Positions 26,727 to 36,335 of a stretch of DNA of 36,335 nucleotides are shown in pieces. The notes under the pieces are model-generated. The model ran no database searches. It saw only the letters and a program-made list of their open reading frames with translations, and was not told the origin of the DNA. Where the stretch lies: NCBI GenBank assembly GCA_900313845.1, contig OMTC01000001.1, positions 1 through 36,335 of the forward strand, given 5' to 3'. This stretch comes from an uncultured Prevotellaceae bacterium. Lineage in GTDB: Bacteria; Bacteroidota; Bacteroidia; Bacteroidales; Bacteroidaceae. Position numbers and translations under genes: made by a program. Each line of letters starts with the position of its first letter. Within the stretch, counting starts at the first letter, position 1.

Positions 26727-27043
26727 TAGATTTCCTCTCCTGATTTTTTAGCGTAACGAACTAATTTGCCATTGGCACCAATCTTGCGACCGATACGAGT
26801 TGCCTCACCTGTCTTAGGGTCAACAACGTTGAGGTTCGAGATGTGGATAGGTGCCTCCTGCTTGATAATGCCTCCCTGAGGGTGCTGTGCACTTGGCTTG
26901 GTGCTCTTCGACACCATGTTAATGCCCTCGACAACGGCACGCTGCTCCTTCACAAGGACGCGAAGGACCTTGCCCTTCTGACCCTTGTTGTTGCCAGCGT
27001 TCACAATCACCGTGTCGCCTTTCTTGATATGTAATTTACTCAT
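26726..27043 (-). CDS. rplX: 50S ribosomal protein L24
   Basis: Starts [29 protein letters not shown] and contains ..[23 protein letters not shown]. 105 aa. Confidence 0.96.
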   Translation of the reverse strand: MSKLHIKKGDTVIVNAGNNKGQKGKVLRVLVKEQRAVVEGINMVSKSTKPSAQHPQGGIIKQEAPIHISNLNVVDPKTGEATRIGRKIGANGKLVRYAKKSGEEI

Positions 27044-27066
27044 TACTTTGTGCGTCTTTAAATGTT

Positions 27067-27432
27067 TTAAAGTACTTCAGTAGCCAAAGAAACTACCTTC
27101 ATGTTTACAGCACGGAGTTCACGAGCCACAGGACCGAAAATACGGCTACCTCTCATCTCACCAGCATTGTTCAAGAGAACACATGCGTTGTCATCAAAGC
27201 GGATGTAGGAACCGTCGGCACGGCGAACTTCCTTCTTCGTGCGAACAATCAGAGCCTTCGATACTGTTCCCTTCTTCACTTCGGAAGTAGGAATCGCATT
27301 CTTAACTGCAACGACAATCACATCGCCAACAGAAGCATAGCGACGCTTCGTACCACCGAGAACACGGATACAAAGCACCTCGCGTGCACCGCTGTTGTCT
27401 GCGACTGTCAATCTTGATTCTGTCTGTATCAT
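27067..27432 (-). CDS. rplN: 50S ribosomal protein L14
   Basis: Starts [44 protein letters not shown] and contains ..[11 protein letters not shown]. 121 aa. Confidence 0.97.
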   Translation of the reverse strand: MIQTESRLTVADNSGAREVLCIRVLGGTKRRYASVGDVIVVAVKNAIPTSEVKKGTVSKALIVRTKKEVRRADGSYIRFDDNACVLLNNAGEMRGSRIFGPVARELRAVNMKVVSLATEVL

Positions 27433-27435
27433 AAT

Positions 27436-27693
27436 TTACTTAGCTCTTTCAACAATTTGTACTAATCTCCATCTCTTGGTTTTGCTCAATGGACGAGTCT
27501 CCATGATCAGCACTGTATCGCCAACATTGCACTCGTTCTTTTCGTCATGAGCATGGTACTTCTTCGTCTTGCTGACGAACTTACCATAAATTGGGTGCTT
27601 CTCCTTGAACTTGGCAGCAACCACGATAGTCTTGTCCATCTTGTTGCTTGTAACAACACCCGTTCTCTGTTTTCTAAGATTTCTTGCTTCCAT
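27436..27693 (-). CDS. rpsQ: 30S ribosomal protein S17
   Basis: The track ORF begins at a TTG at 27702. I prefer the ATG at 27693, which gives [51 protein letters not shown]... That matches the usual Bacteroidales N-terminus as I remember it. Confidence 0.93.
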   Translation of the reverse strand: MEARNLRKQRTGVVTSNKMDKTIVVAAKFKEKHPIYGKFVSKTKKYHAHDEKNECNVGDTVLIMETRPLSKTKRWRLVQIVERAK

Positions 27694-27704
27694 GTAGTTC
27701 AAGT

Positions 27705-27899
27705 TTATTTATTGAGTTCTCTCTGACGAAGTTCAGTCTTCATGCGAGCAACATCGCGACGAAGCTTCTTAATCTGAGAATTGTCCTCGAGTGGAGAGAT
27801 GTGGTGGTTGAACTTCATGTTCGTCAAGTTAGCAACCTCTGTCTCTATACGTTCTGCAAGCTCTGCAGTTGTAAGTTCTCTAATTTCTGCAATTTTCAT
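27705..27899 (-). CDS. rpmC: 50S ribosomal protein L29
   Basis: 64 aa. Starts [32 protein letters not shown]. Sits between rplP and rpsQ. Confidence 0.94.
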   Translation of the reverse strand: MKIAEIRELTTAELAERIETEVANLTNMKFNHHISPLEDNSQIKKLRRDVARMKTELRQRELNK

Positions 27900-27901
27900 A
27901 A

Positions 27902-28336
27902 TTAGTCAGCATTTTTGTCGTAGTCACGACGTACAATGAACTTTGTTGTAGTTGGGAGCTTCTGAGCACCGAGGCGAAGAGCCTCTTTTGCTACCTCGTA
28001 TGGAACTCCTTCCACCTCGAAGAGGATACGTCCTGGCTTTGCAGGGAACACATACTTGTATGGATCACCCTTACCTTTACCCATTCGGACATCTGCAGGC
28101 TTCTTAGTGATTGGTTTGTCAGGGAAGATGCGGATCCAAACCTGACCCTGACGCTGCATGTAACGTGTGATAGCAACACGGGCAGCCTCAATCTGGCTTG
28201 CACTGATCCAGCGCTCCTGAAGTGCCTTGATACCGAAGCTACCGAAAGAAAGCTCGGTGCCACGGTGAGAGACACCACGCCAGCGACCGCGACCCTTTTG
28301 CGGTCTTCTATATTTTTGTCTTTTTGGCTGTAGCAT
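27902..28336 (-). CDS. rplP: 50S ribosomal protein L16
   Basis: Starts [16 protein letters not shown] and contains ..[43 protein letters not shown]. 144 aa. Confidence 0.97.
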   Translation of the reverse strand: MLQPKRQKYRRPQKGRGRWRGVSHRGTELSFGSFGIKALQERWISASQIEAARVAITRYMQRQGQVWIRIFPDKPITKKPADVRMGKGKGDPYKYVFPAKPGRILFEVEGVPYEVAKEALRLGAQKLPTTTKFIVRRDYDKNAD

Positions 28337-28350
28337 AATTCAAATTCTGA

Positions 28351-29085
28351 TTAGCGGTTGTTGTTTCTTCTGTTTCTTGGTCTTCTGTTGCCTTCGCCAC
28401 CACGGTTGCCACCACGGCCACCTTCCTTCTGCTGAGAGAAGTTTGGAGTGAGGTCCTGCTTGCCGAAGATTTCGCCACGGCAAATCCAAACCTTGATGCC
28501 AAGGAGACCTACCTTGGTGAGTGCCTCAGCGAGGCAGTAGTCGATGTCTGCACGGAAAGTGTGGAGAGGAGTACGTCCTTCCTTGTACATTTCTGAGCGA
28601 GACATTTCAGCACCGTTCAAACGACCTGAAATCTGAACCTTGATACCTTCTGCACCCGAGCGCATCGTGTTTGCAATAGCAGTCTTGATAGCACGACGGT
28701 AAGCAATCTTGCCCTCAATCTGGCGAGCGATGTTGTTGGCAACGATTACTGCATCGAGTTCTGGGCGCTTGATCTCGAAGATGTTGATCTGAACGTCCTT
28801 CTTCGTGATCTTCTTCAGCTCTTCCTTGAGCTTGTCAACGTCCTTGCCACCCTTACCGATGATGATACCTGGGCGAGCAGTGCAAACTGTGATAGTCACG
28901 AGCTTCAGTGTCCTTTCGATAACAATCTTCGAAACGCTTGCATTTGCCAGGCGAGTGTTGAGATACTTACGAATCTTGCTGTCTTCGAGAATGTTGTCAC
29001 CGAAGTTGTTTCCGCCGAACCAGTTCGAGTCCCAGCCTCTAACAATGCCGAGACGGTTGCTTATTGGATTACATTTCTGTCCCAT
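28351..29085 (-). CDS. rpsC: 30S ribosomal protein S3, with an Arg/Gly-rich C-terminal tail
   Basis: Starts [23 protein letters not shown] and contains ..[32 protein letters not shown]. 244 aa. Confidence 0.97.
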   Translation of the reverse strand: MGQKCNPISNRLGIVRGWDSNWFGGNNFGDNILEDSKIRKYLNTRLANASVSKIVIERTLKLVTITVCTARPGIIIGKGGKDVDKLKEELKKITKKDVQINIFEIKRPELDAVIVANNIARQIEGKIAYRRAIKTAIANTMRSGAEGIKVQISGRLNGAEMSRSEMYKEGRTPLHTFRADIDYCLAEALTKVGLLGIKVWICRGEIFGKQDLTPNFSQQKEGGRGGNRGGEGNRRPRNRRNNNR

Positions 29086-29087
29086 AA

Positions 29088-29492
29088 TTACTTTTCCTCC
29101 TTTGGTTTAGCGTCCACAAAAATTGTAACATGATTAGAACGCTTGCGAATTCTATAGCCTCTTCCCTGTGGTGCTGGGCGCATGCGCTTCAGTGTTGCAC
29201 CTTCATCAACAAAAATCTTAGAGATGTAGAGTTCGCCGTTTTCTGCCTTACGCTCGTTCTTCTGCTCCCAGTTGGCAATCGCAGAGCGAAGCAACTTCTC
29301 AACGTCCTGAGCTGCGCTCTTGGTGTTGAAGTGGAGAGTTGCAAGCGCCTTGTTCACCTCCATACCGCGCACGAGGTCAACTACGTAGCGCATCTTGCGT
29401 GGTGAAGAAGGGATATTGCGAAGAGAGGCGAAATAGGTATTCTTCTTAGCCTCCTTTATGGCGTTGGCCATATTTCTCTTTCTTTTTCCCAT
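29088..29492 (-). CDS. rplV: 50S ribosomal protein L22
   Basis: Contains [64 protein letters not shown]. 134 aa. Confidence 0.96.
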   Translation of the reverse strand: MGKRKRNMANAIKEAKKNTYFASLRNIPSSPRKMRYVVDLVRGMEVNKALATLHFNTKSAAQDVEKLLRSAIANWEQKNERKAENGELYISKIFVDEGATLKRMRPAPQGRGYRIRKRSNHVTIFVDAKPKEEK

Positions 29493-29525
29493 TATGTGAT
29501 TTCTTTTTTTCAGTGTGAGCCTGTA

Positions 29526-29795
29526 TTACTTCTTTCTGTTACCAGCGTGACCGCGGAAAGTACGAGTAAGTGCGAACTCACCGAGCTTATGGCCCACCAT
29601 GTTTTCTGTGATGTAAACAGGGATGAATTTATTACCGTTATGAACTGCAATAGTGTGTCCAACGAAGTCCGGAGAAATCATTGAAGCTCGTGCCCAAGTC
29701 TTAACGACAGTCTTCTTGCCGCTTTCATTCATATCAAGCACCTTCTTTTCGAGCTTAACGTTGATATATGGACCTTTTTTTAATGAACGACTCAT
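29526..29795 (-). CDS. rpsS: 30S ribosomal protein S19
   Basis: Starts [19 protein letters not shown] and contains ..[53 protein letters not shown]. 89 aa. Confidence 0.97.
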   Translation of the reverse strand: MSRSLKKGPYINVKLEKKVLDMNESGKKTVVKTWARASMISPDFVGHTIAVHNGNKFIPVYITENMVGHKLGEFALTRTFRGHAGNRKK

Positions 29796-29815
29796 ATTTT
29801 ACTTAGTTAACTTGG

Positions 29816-30640
29816 TTACTTTTTACGTCTTTCGATTATATACTGATTTGAAAGCTTCTTAGGCGCACGAGTCTTGAGACCCTTAGCATACAAGCCGTTG
29901 CGTGAACGTGGGTGTCCACCAGTCTGACGACCTTCACCACCACCCATTGGGTGATCATGTGGATTCATAACAACACCACGGTTGTGAGGACGACGACCCA
30001 ACCAGCGGCTGCGGCCTGCCTTACCTGAAGATTCAAGAGCATGGTCAGAGTTGCTTACGCTACCGATTGTAGCACGGCAAACTGAGAGAACCTTACGAAT
30101 TTCACCAGAAGGCAACTTGATTACGCAGAAGCGACCTTCACGTGAAGTCAACTGAGCAAAATTACCTGCAGAGCGAACCATCTTGGCACCCTGACCAGGA
30201 CGCAACTCGATATTGTGAATCACAGTACCGACTGGAATGTTCTGGAGTGGAAGAGTGTTGCCAAGGTCTGGAGTAGCAGTCTCACCCGACATGAGGGTGG
30301 TGCCCACCTGCAGTCCGTTTGGAGCAATAATGTAACGCTTTTCACCATCAGCGTAGAAGAGGAGTGCGATGCGTGCCGAACGGTTTGGATCGTACTCGAT
30401 TGTCTTCACCACTGCTGGAATTCCGTCCTTGTCTCTCTTGAAGTCAACGGCGCGGAGCAAACGCTTGTGACCACCACCTCTGTAGCGGACTGTAAGACGT
30501 CCCTGATTGTTGCGGCCACCCGTGCTGCGCTTACCATAGACGAGAGATTTCTCTGGTACTGATGTAGTAACATCATCAAACGTACCAATAGCTTTGTGTC
30601 TTTGACCTGGAGTTACAGGTTTGAATTTACGAATTCCCAT
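29816..30640 (-). CDS. rplB: 50S ribosomal protein L2
   Basis: Starts [15 protein letters not shown] and contains ..[54 protein letters not shown]. 274 aa. Confidence 0.97.
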   Translation of the reverse strand: MGIRKFKPVTPGQRHKAIGTFDDVTTSVPEKSLVYGKRSTGGRNNQGRLTVRYRGGGHKRLLRAVDFKRDKDGIPAVVKTIEYDPNRSARIALLFYADGEKRYIIAPNGLQVGTTLMSGETATPDLGNTLPLQNIPVGTVIHNIELRPGQGAKMVRSAGNFAQLTSREGRFCVIKLPSGEIRKVLSVCRATIGSVSNSDHALESSGKAGRSRWLGRRPHNRGVVMNPHDHPMGGGEGRQTGGHPRSRNGLYAKGLKTRAPKKLSNQYIIERRKK

Positions 30641-30648
30641 CTTTATTA

Positions 30649-30942
30649 TTATATGTTACTATAGAAGTCAATAGTCTCCCCTTCTTTCAATGTCACAATT
30701 GCCTTCTTGTAGGCATTTGTTCTACCCTTGATGATACCTGCGCGAGTGTAGCGGCTCTTCGACTTGCCGTTGTAGCGCATGGTATTCACGGAAACTACAT
30801 TTACGTTATACTTAGCTTCAATTTCTTTCTTGATTTCAATCTTGTTGGCGTCAGGACGCACAATGAAGCCGAACTTGTTGCCCTGCTTCTCTGTGATAGC
30901 TGTCATCTTTTCAGTTACCAACGGTTTGATGATATATGCCAT
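30649..30942 (-). CDS. rplW: 50S ribosomal protein L23
   Basis: 97 aa. Starts [55 protein letters not shown]. Sits between rplD and rplB. Confidence 0.95.
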   Translation of the reverse strand: MAYIIKPLVTEKMTAITEKQGNKFGFIVRPDANKIEIKKEIEAKYNVNVVSVNTMRYNGKSKSRYTRAGIIKGRTNAYKKAIVTLKEGETIDFYSNI

Positions 30943-30954
30943 ACTGCGACCTCC

Positions 30955-31584
30955 TTATTTGTTAAATGTTTCGTCAACAAGCTTCAAAGCATTTTCAGTG
31001 ACAACAAGAACATTTGCGTTCAGCACTTTGTAGGTGTTGAGCGCAGATGCAGTCATCACTTCTGCCTTTTGTATATTGCGAGCCGACAAATATACGTTTT
31101 TCTTTACATCTGGCAAAACGAGAAGCAACTTCTTACCCTCAATTTTAAGATTTTTTTGCAAATTTACAAATTCTTTAGTCTTTGGAGCTTCGAAATCGAA
31201 ATCCTCAACTACAACAATTGCATCCTGCTGAGCCTTATATGAGAGCGCACTCTTGCGAGCAAGAGCCTTCACCTTCTTGTTAAGCTTGAACCAATAGTCA
31301 CGAGGCTTTGGACCGAACACGCGGCCACCACCACGGAGCACTGGAGACTTGATGTCGCCACGACGTGCGCCGCCACCACCCTTCTGACGGATGAGCTTGC
31401 GAGTAGAGCCCGTAATTTCGCTTCTTTCCTTTGACTTGTGTGTACCCTGACGCTGGTTTGCGAGGTACTGCTTCACTGCGAGGTAGATTACGTGGTCGTT
31501 AGGTTCAATTCCGAAGATAGCGTCGTTCAATTCAACCTTCTTTCCAGTATCTTGACCTTTAATGTTATAAACTGAAACTTCCAT
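30955..31584 (-). CDS. rplD: 50S ribosomal protein L4
   Basis: 209 aa. Contains [54 protein letters not shown]. The start overlaps the rplC stop by 1 nt. Confidence 0.96.
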   Translation of the reverse strand: MEVSVYNIKGQDTGKKVELNDAIFGIEPNDHVIYLAVKQYLANQRQGTHKSKERSEITGSTRKLIRQKGGGGARRGDIKSPVLRGGGRVFGPKPRDYWFKLNKKVKALARKSALSYKAQQDAIVVVEDFDFEAPKTKEFVNLQKNLKIEGKKLLLVLPDVKKNVYLSARNIQKAEVMTASALNTYKVLNANVLVVTENALKLVDETFNK

Positions 31585-32198
31585 TACTTCTTAATTGTTA
31601 CGATTGAACCCTTACATCCTGGCACCGAACCCTTCAAGAGGAGAAGGTTGTGTTCAGGAATCACTTTAATCACCTGAAGGTTGTGAGTAGTCACCTGTGC
31701 ATTACCCATCTGGCCACCCATTGGCAAGTTCTTGTACACGCGGGATGGAGTGGCACAAGCACCGATTGAACCTGGCTTGCGCAGACGGTCGTCCTGACCG
31801 TGAGTGCTCTGACCCACACCACCAAAGCCGTGGCGCTTTACTACACCTGCAAAACCCTTACCCTTCGATGTGCCAACCACATCCACGTAAGGAGTGTCAT
31901 TGAAGAGCTCCACTGTGATCACGTCACCAAGGTTGTGCTCCTCATCAAATGTGAACTCGGCCAAGTGTCTCTTTGGAGTTGTACCAGCCTTTGCGAAGTG
32001 TCCCTTCATTGGCTTTGTAGTGTTCTTCTCCTTAGCTTCCTGGAAGCCAATCTGAACAGCTTCATAACCATCCTTTTCGACAGTCTTCAACTGGGTTACA
32101 ACACAAGGACCTACTTCGATAACAGTGCATGGAAGATTCTTTCCATCAGCACTGAAAACGGATGTCATTCCGATTTTCTTTCCTAATAATCCTGGCAT
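31584..32198 (-). CDS. rplC: 50S ribosomal protein L3
   Basis: Starts [36 protein letters not shown] and contains ..[19 protein letters not shown]. 204 aa. Confidence 0.97.
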   Translation of the reverse strand: MPGLLGKKIGMTSVFSADGKNLPCTVIEVGPCVVTQLKTVEKDGYEAVQIGFQEAKEKNTTKPMKGHFAKAGTTPKRHLAEFTFDEEHNLGDVITVELFNDTPYVDVVGTSKGKGFAGVVKRHGFGGVGQSTHGQDDRLRKPGSIGACATPSRVYKNLPMGGQMGNAQVTTHNLQVIKVIPEHNLLLLKGSVPGCKGSIVTIKK

Positions 32199-32233
32199 TT
32201 CAAATTGATTTTAATAATTCTCAAATTCTTGTA

Positions 32234-32539
32234 CTATACCTTAATCTCTACTTCAACACCGCTTGGGAGCTCAAGCTTCATCAATGCATCAACAGTCTTT
32301 GGAGTTGCGCTGTAGATGTCGATCAAACGCTTGTAAGTGTTCAACTCAAACTGCTCACGGCTCTTCTTGTTTACGAAAGTAGAACGGTTCACAGTGAAGA
32401 TACGCTTGTGAGTAGGAAGTGGAATAGGACCGCTCACCTGAGCGTCTGTTGCCTTCACTGTCTTCACAATCTTCTCAGCCGACTTGTCAACCAAGTTGTG
32501 GTCGTAAGATTTCAGCTTAATACGAATTTTCTGACTCAT
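32234..32539 (-). CDS. rpsJ: 30S ribosomal protein S10 (101 aa)
   Basis: Track ORF 32234..32578 trimmed to the ATG at 32539. That gives [65 protein letters not shown].. Confidence 0.95.
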   Translation of the reverse strand: MSQKIRIKLKSYDHNLVDKSAEKIVKTVKATDAQVSGPIPLPTHKRIFTVNRSTFVNKKSREQFELNTYKRLIDIYSATPKTVDALMKLELPSGVEVEIKV

Positions 32540-32649
32540 TGTCTTTTTGTTTTTTGAATTGTTATTGAATAAGAGCAAGAGGTATGCTGATTAAGAGTCA
32601 TTCGCTAATGCAGCACCTCAAACCCCGTTTTTTGCTTCTTAACGTCAAG

Positions 32650-32687
32650 ATAGGTCCTCGGGAGCAGCAACGCTCCCAACGACCTAT
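32650..32687 (-). promoter_or_regulatory. Nested perfect hairpin in the fusA-rpsJ spacer; function unknown
   Basis: ATAGGTC-ctc-GGGAGC-agcaac-GCTCCC-aac-GACCTAT gives 7 + 6 bp of perfect pairing. It starts 12 nt past the fusA stop. No U-tract follows on the minus strand, so it is not a canonical terminator. Confidence 0.3.
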
Positions 32688-32698
32688 TCTGATTATTT

Positions 32699-34816
32699 TT
32701 ATACGAGATCAACGCGTCCGCCCTGCTCCTTCAGCACTTCCTTAGCAATCGAGCTGCTAACTGGTGCGTGATGGTCGTACTGCATAGAGCTGGTTGCACG
32801 ACCCGAAGTGATAGTACGGAGAGCAGTTACATAACCGAACATCTCTGCCAGTGGAACCATTGCCTTCACAACGCGAGCACCGCTACGGCTTGCTTCCATA
32901 CCTTCCACGTTACCACGACGCTTGTTCAAGTCACCAATCACGTCACCCATGTTCTCTTCTGGAGTAACAACCTCGAGCTTCATGATAGGCTCCATCAACA
33001 CTGGCTTAGCCTGAGAGCAAGCGTTCTTGTAAGCCTGGAGAGCAGCGATTTCGAACGACAACTGGTCGGAGTCAACTGGATGGAACGAACCATCAATCAG
33101 CTCTACCTTCAAGCTGTCCATTGGATAGCCACCGAGCACACCATTCTTCATGGCGTTCTGGAAGCCCTTCTGCACCGATGGGATGAATTCCTTTGGAATG
33201 TTACCACCCTTCACCAAGTCGATGAACTGGAGGCCACCCTCCTTGTAGTCCTCGTCGATAGGACCTACGTTCACGATGATGTCGGCGAACTTACCACGAC
33301 CACCCGACTGCTTCTTATATACCTCGCGGAGGTTCACAGTCTTGGTGATTGCTTCCTTGTAGTTAACCTGAGGCTTACCCTGGTTACACTCAACCTTGAA
33401 CTCACGCTTCAGACGGTCGATGATAATGTCGAGGTGAAGCTCACCCATACCCGAGATAACGGTCTGACCGCTCTGCTCGTCAGTATGAACAGTGAAGGTT
33501 GGGTCTTCTTCAGCAAGCTTGGCAAGACCATTGCTCAGCTTGTCGAGGTCTTTCTGAGTCTTAGGCTCAACAGCGATACCAATCACTGGATCTGGGAAGT
33601 CCATCGATTCGAGGACGATTGGAGCATTCTCGTCGCAGAGAGTATCACCCGTGCGGATATCCTTAAAACCTACAGCTGCACCGATGTCACCAGCGCTGAT
33701 AACCTCTACAGGGTTCTGGTGGTTGGAGTGCATCTGGAAAAGGCGGCTCACGCGCTCCTTCTTGCCCGAGCGAGTGTTGTAAACATAAGAACCAGCTTCC
33801 AACTTACCCGAATAAACACGGATGAAAGTCAAGCGGCCCACGTATGGGTCAGTGGCAATCTTGAATGCAAGAGCCGAAGTCTTCTCATCCTCGTCTGGCT
33901 TGCGGTCTTCCTCTTCCTTCGTGTCAGGGTTCGTACCCACCACGTTTGGAGTGTCGAGTGGAGAAGGAAGGAATGCGCAAACATAGTCGAGCAAAGTCTG
34001 AACACCCTTGTTCTTGAACGAAGAACCGCAGAACATAGGAGTGCAAGCCATCTGAACCGTAGCGTTGCGGAGAGCACGGAGGATTTCCTCCTCAGTGATG
34101 GTTGAAGGGTCGTCGAAGAACTTCTCCATCAGAGCATCGTCGAACTCAGCAACCGACTCGAGCATCTTGTCGCGCCATTCCTGAGCCTCGTCCATGAGGT
34201 CGGCAGGAATCTCCTCCACCTCATACTCTGCACCGAGAGTCTCGTCGTGCCAAAGGATTGCCTGCATCTTGATGAGGTCAACCACACCCTTGAACTTCTC
34301 CTCAGCACCGATTGGAATCACCACTGGCACTGGGTTAGCGCCAAGCACGTCGTGCATCTGGCGAACCACCTCGAAGAAGTCGGCACCCGAACGGTCCATC
34401 TTGTTTACGTAGCCGATTCGTGGAACATTGTATTTGTCGGCCTGACGCCACACAGTCTCAGACTGAGGCTGAACACCACCTACTGCACAGTAAGTAGCAA
34501 CAGCACCATCGAGAACGCGGAGTGAACGCTCCACCTCAGCAGTGAAGTCAACGTGTCCCGGAGTGTCAATCAAGTTAATCTGATACTTGTCGCCATTGTA
34601 GTTCCAGAAACAAGTTGTTGCAGCCGAAGTGATAGTGATACCACGCTCCTGCTCCTGTGCCATCCAGTCCATGGTTGCAGCACCATCATGCACCTCACCC
34701 AACTTGTGAGTCTTACCCGTGTAGAACAGGATACGCTCAGAAGTGGTTGTCTTACCAGCATCGATGTGCGCCATGATACCGATGTTACGCGTCAAATGCA
34801 AATCACGTTTTGCCAT
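32699..34816 (-). CDS. fusA: Translation elongation factor G
   Basis: 705 aa. Contains [25 protein letters not shown] (P-loop), [25 protein letters not shown] and NKMDR. Sits between rpsG and rpsJ. Confidence 0.98.
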   Translation of the reverse strand: MAKRDLHLTRNIGIMAHIDAGKTTTSERILFYTGKTHKLGEVHDGAATMDWMAQEQERGITITSAATTCFWNYNGDKYQINLIDTPGHVDFTAEVERSLRVLDGAVATYCAVGGVQPQSETVWRQADKYNVPRIGYVNKMDRSGADFFEVVRQMHDVLGANPVPVVIPIGAEEKFKGVVDLIKMQAILWHDETLGAEYEVEEIPADLMDEAQEWRDKMLESVAEFDDALMEKFFDDPSTITEEEILRALRNATVQMACTPMFCGSSFKNKGVQTLLDYVCAFLPSPLDTPNVVGTNPDTKEEEDRKPDEDEKTSALAFKIATDPYVGRLTFIRVYSGKLEAGSYVYNTRSGKKERVSRLFQMHSNHQNPVEVISAGDIGAAVGFKDIRTGDTLCDENAPIVLESMDFPDPVIGIAVEPKTQKDLDKLSNGLAKLAEEDPTFTVHTDEQSGQTVISGMGELHLDIIIDRLKREFKVECNQGKPQVNYKEAITKTVNLREVYKKQSGGRGKFADIIVNVGPIDEDYKEGGLQFIDLVKGGNIPKEFIPSVQKGFQNAMKNGVLGGYPMDSLKVELIDGSFHPVDSDQLSFEIAALQAYKNACSQAKPVLMEPIMKLEVVTPEENMGDVIGDLNKRRGNVEGMEASRSGARVVKAMVPLAEMFGYVTALRTITSGRATSSMQYDHHAPVSSSIAKEVLKEQGGRVDLV

Positions 34817-34893
34817 AAATCTTAATTACCTTTTAAATCTTTTTTACCTTTTACTTTTAACTAATACCTCGTAGTATCTAAGCATCTGCTTTT

Positions 34894-35370
34894 TTAGAAG
34901 CGGAAGTGAGCGAATGCACGGTTTGCCTCAGCCATGCGGTGCATATCCTCCTTACGCTTGAACGCGCCACCCTGCTCGTTGAAAGCATCCATGATCTCAG
35001 CACTCAGCTTCTCTGCCATGCTCTTGCCTGAACGCTTGCGAGCGAAAGCAATCATGTTCTTCATCGAGATAGCCTCCTTGCGGTCAGGACGAATCTCAGT
35101 AGGAACCTGGAAAGTGGCACCACCAATACGGCGGCTCTTCACCTCCACCTGTGGAGTTATGTTTTCAAGGGCTTTCTTCCAGATTTCAACTGGAGACTTC
35201 TCCTCATTCTTCATCTTGTTCTCAACGATGGAAAGTGCGTTGTAGAAAATAGAGTAAGCGATACTCTTCTTTCCGTCATACATCAGGTTATTAACGAACT
35301 TAGTAACCTTCACGTCGCCATAAACGGGATCTGGCAAGATCACACGCTTCTTTGGTTTAGCTTTTCTCAT
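34894..35370 (-). CDS. rpsG: 30S ribosomal protein S7
   Basis: Starts [43 protein letters not shown] and contains ..[24 protein letters not shown]. 158 aa. Confidence 0.97.
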   Translation of the reverse strand: MRKAKPKKRVILPDPVYGDVKVTKFVNNLMYDGKKSIAYSIFYNALSIVENKMKNEEKSPVEIWKKALENITPQVEVKSRRIGGATFQVPTEIRPDRKEAISMKNMIAFARKRSGKSMAEKLSAEIMDAFNEQGGAFKRKEDMHRMAEANRAFAHFRF

Positions 35371-35559
35371 TTGTTTGTTTCTTTACTTTTCTTTAGTCTG
35401 TCTGGTTGCATTTCAGCGTTTTCTTCAACGTCCCCTCCGGAACATTTACTCAACCATCTTGTTAGCTCCAACAAACCAAATGTTGTTAAATAAAAAACTT
35501 TTTTGCTTTTTAAGACCGTAGTCTAAATCTTTTGTAAGAAAAAGGAACGAAGATTCTTA

Positions 35560-35940
<381 letters not shown>

Positions 35941-36166
35941 TTTAAATTTTGTTTTATTATTATGAATATTGAATATAGTCTGTCCTATCTTTTTGGAGGG
36001 TCTTCAGTCGGGCGCAATCTGCTCTCGTGCCGTCCGCTTACTGCTGCCATATCTTTGTTCGTGCATCTCTACACCTTATATAATATTAGGCCGCATTCCT
36101 CTCCAAAGCCCTCTCTCCCCGCACCGAAATGAGTGTCAAAAGGGCACAATAGTCTAAAAAGCGGTG

Positions 36167-36174
36167 CAAAGGTA
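36167..36174 (-). promoter_or_regulatory. Candidate -7 promoter box upstream of rpsL
   Basis: The minus strand reads TACCTTTG, a perfect TAnnTTTG, about 225 nt upstream of the rpsL ATG. I see no good -33 TTTG at the expected spacing. This is motif evidence only. Confidence 0.3.
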
Positions 36175-36335
36175 CGACTTTTCTGCTAAACAGCATACTT
36201 TTTCGCCTCTTTTTTTCATCCAAAAACCTCAAACACCCCAAATTTCCCCAAAATTTAAGTTTATTTAACTTTTAACACACCGATTGGGACCATTTTTCAC
36301 TACGATTCCTCCAATGTCACGACAAAGATGCAACC

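Noticed and set aside
21863-32700. Absence of adk between secY and map, and of tuf between fusA and rpsJ, read as a deletion or rearrangement
   Set aside because: To my knowledge this gene order is the normal Bacteroidetes arrangement, with tuf and adk encoded elsewhere. It is not an anomaly of this window.
32768-34105. 445-aa plus-strand ORF
   Set aside because: It is antisense to fusA (EF-G), which is unambiguous. The ORF is long only because the highly biased codon usage of fusA removes stops from the opposite frame.

Overview
The window has two parts, all on the minus strand, and looks like a Bacteroidales chromosome (Prevotella-like by eye; taxon is inference). (A) 17.6-36.0 kb is the conserved ribosomal-protein superoperon in canonical Bacteroidetes order: rpsL-rpsG-fusA-rpsJ-rplC-rplD-rplW-rplB-rpsS-rplV-rpsC-rplP-rpmC-rpsQ-rplN-rplX-rplE-rpsN-rpsH-rplF-rplR-rpsE-rpmD-rplO-secY-map-infA-rpmJ-rpsM-rpsK-rpsD-rpoA-rplQ. 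It ends in a clear intrinsic terminator. Two genes needed manual work: rpmD is absent from the ORF track because it is too short, and rpmJ is hidden inside a longer ORF. This part is ordinary core genome. (B) 1-17.1 kb is accessory-looking. It holds a secreted CotH-kinase-family protein with its own promoter-like box and terminator. Downstream is a tightly packed Sus-like operon: 4xFAS1 lipoprotein, SusC, SusD, FAS1 lipoprotein, FAS1 lipoprotein, then a second SusC that runs off the window at position 1. I see no glycoside hydrolase, lyase, peptidase or regulator in that 14.6 kb. The junction between (A) and (B) carries a 22-bp tandem-repeat array of 5-6 units, followed by a tandem pair of diverged 44-bp units. 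The most interesting candidate is the enzyme-less Sus-like locus rich in FAS1 (fasciclin) domains, together with the neighbouring CotH gene and the repeat array. I found no defence system, mobile element, tRNA/rRNA or CRISPR array. All domain calls come from reading motifs by eye and need HMM or structure confirmation.
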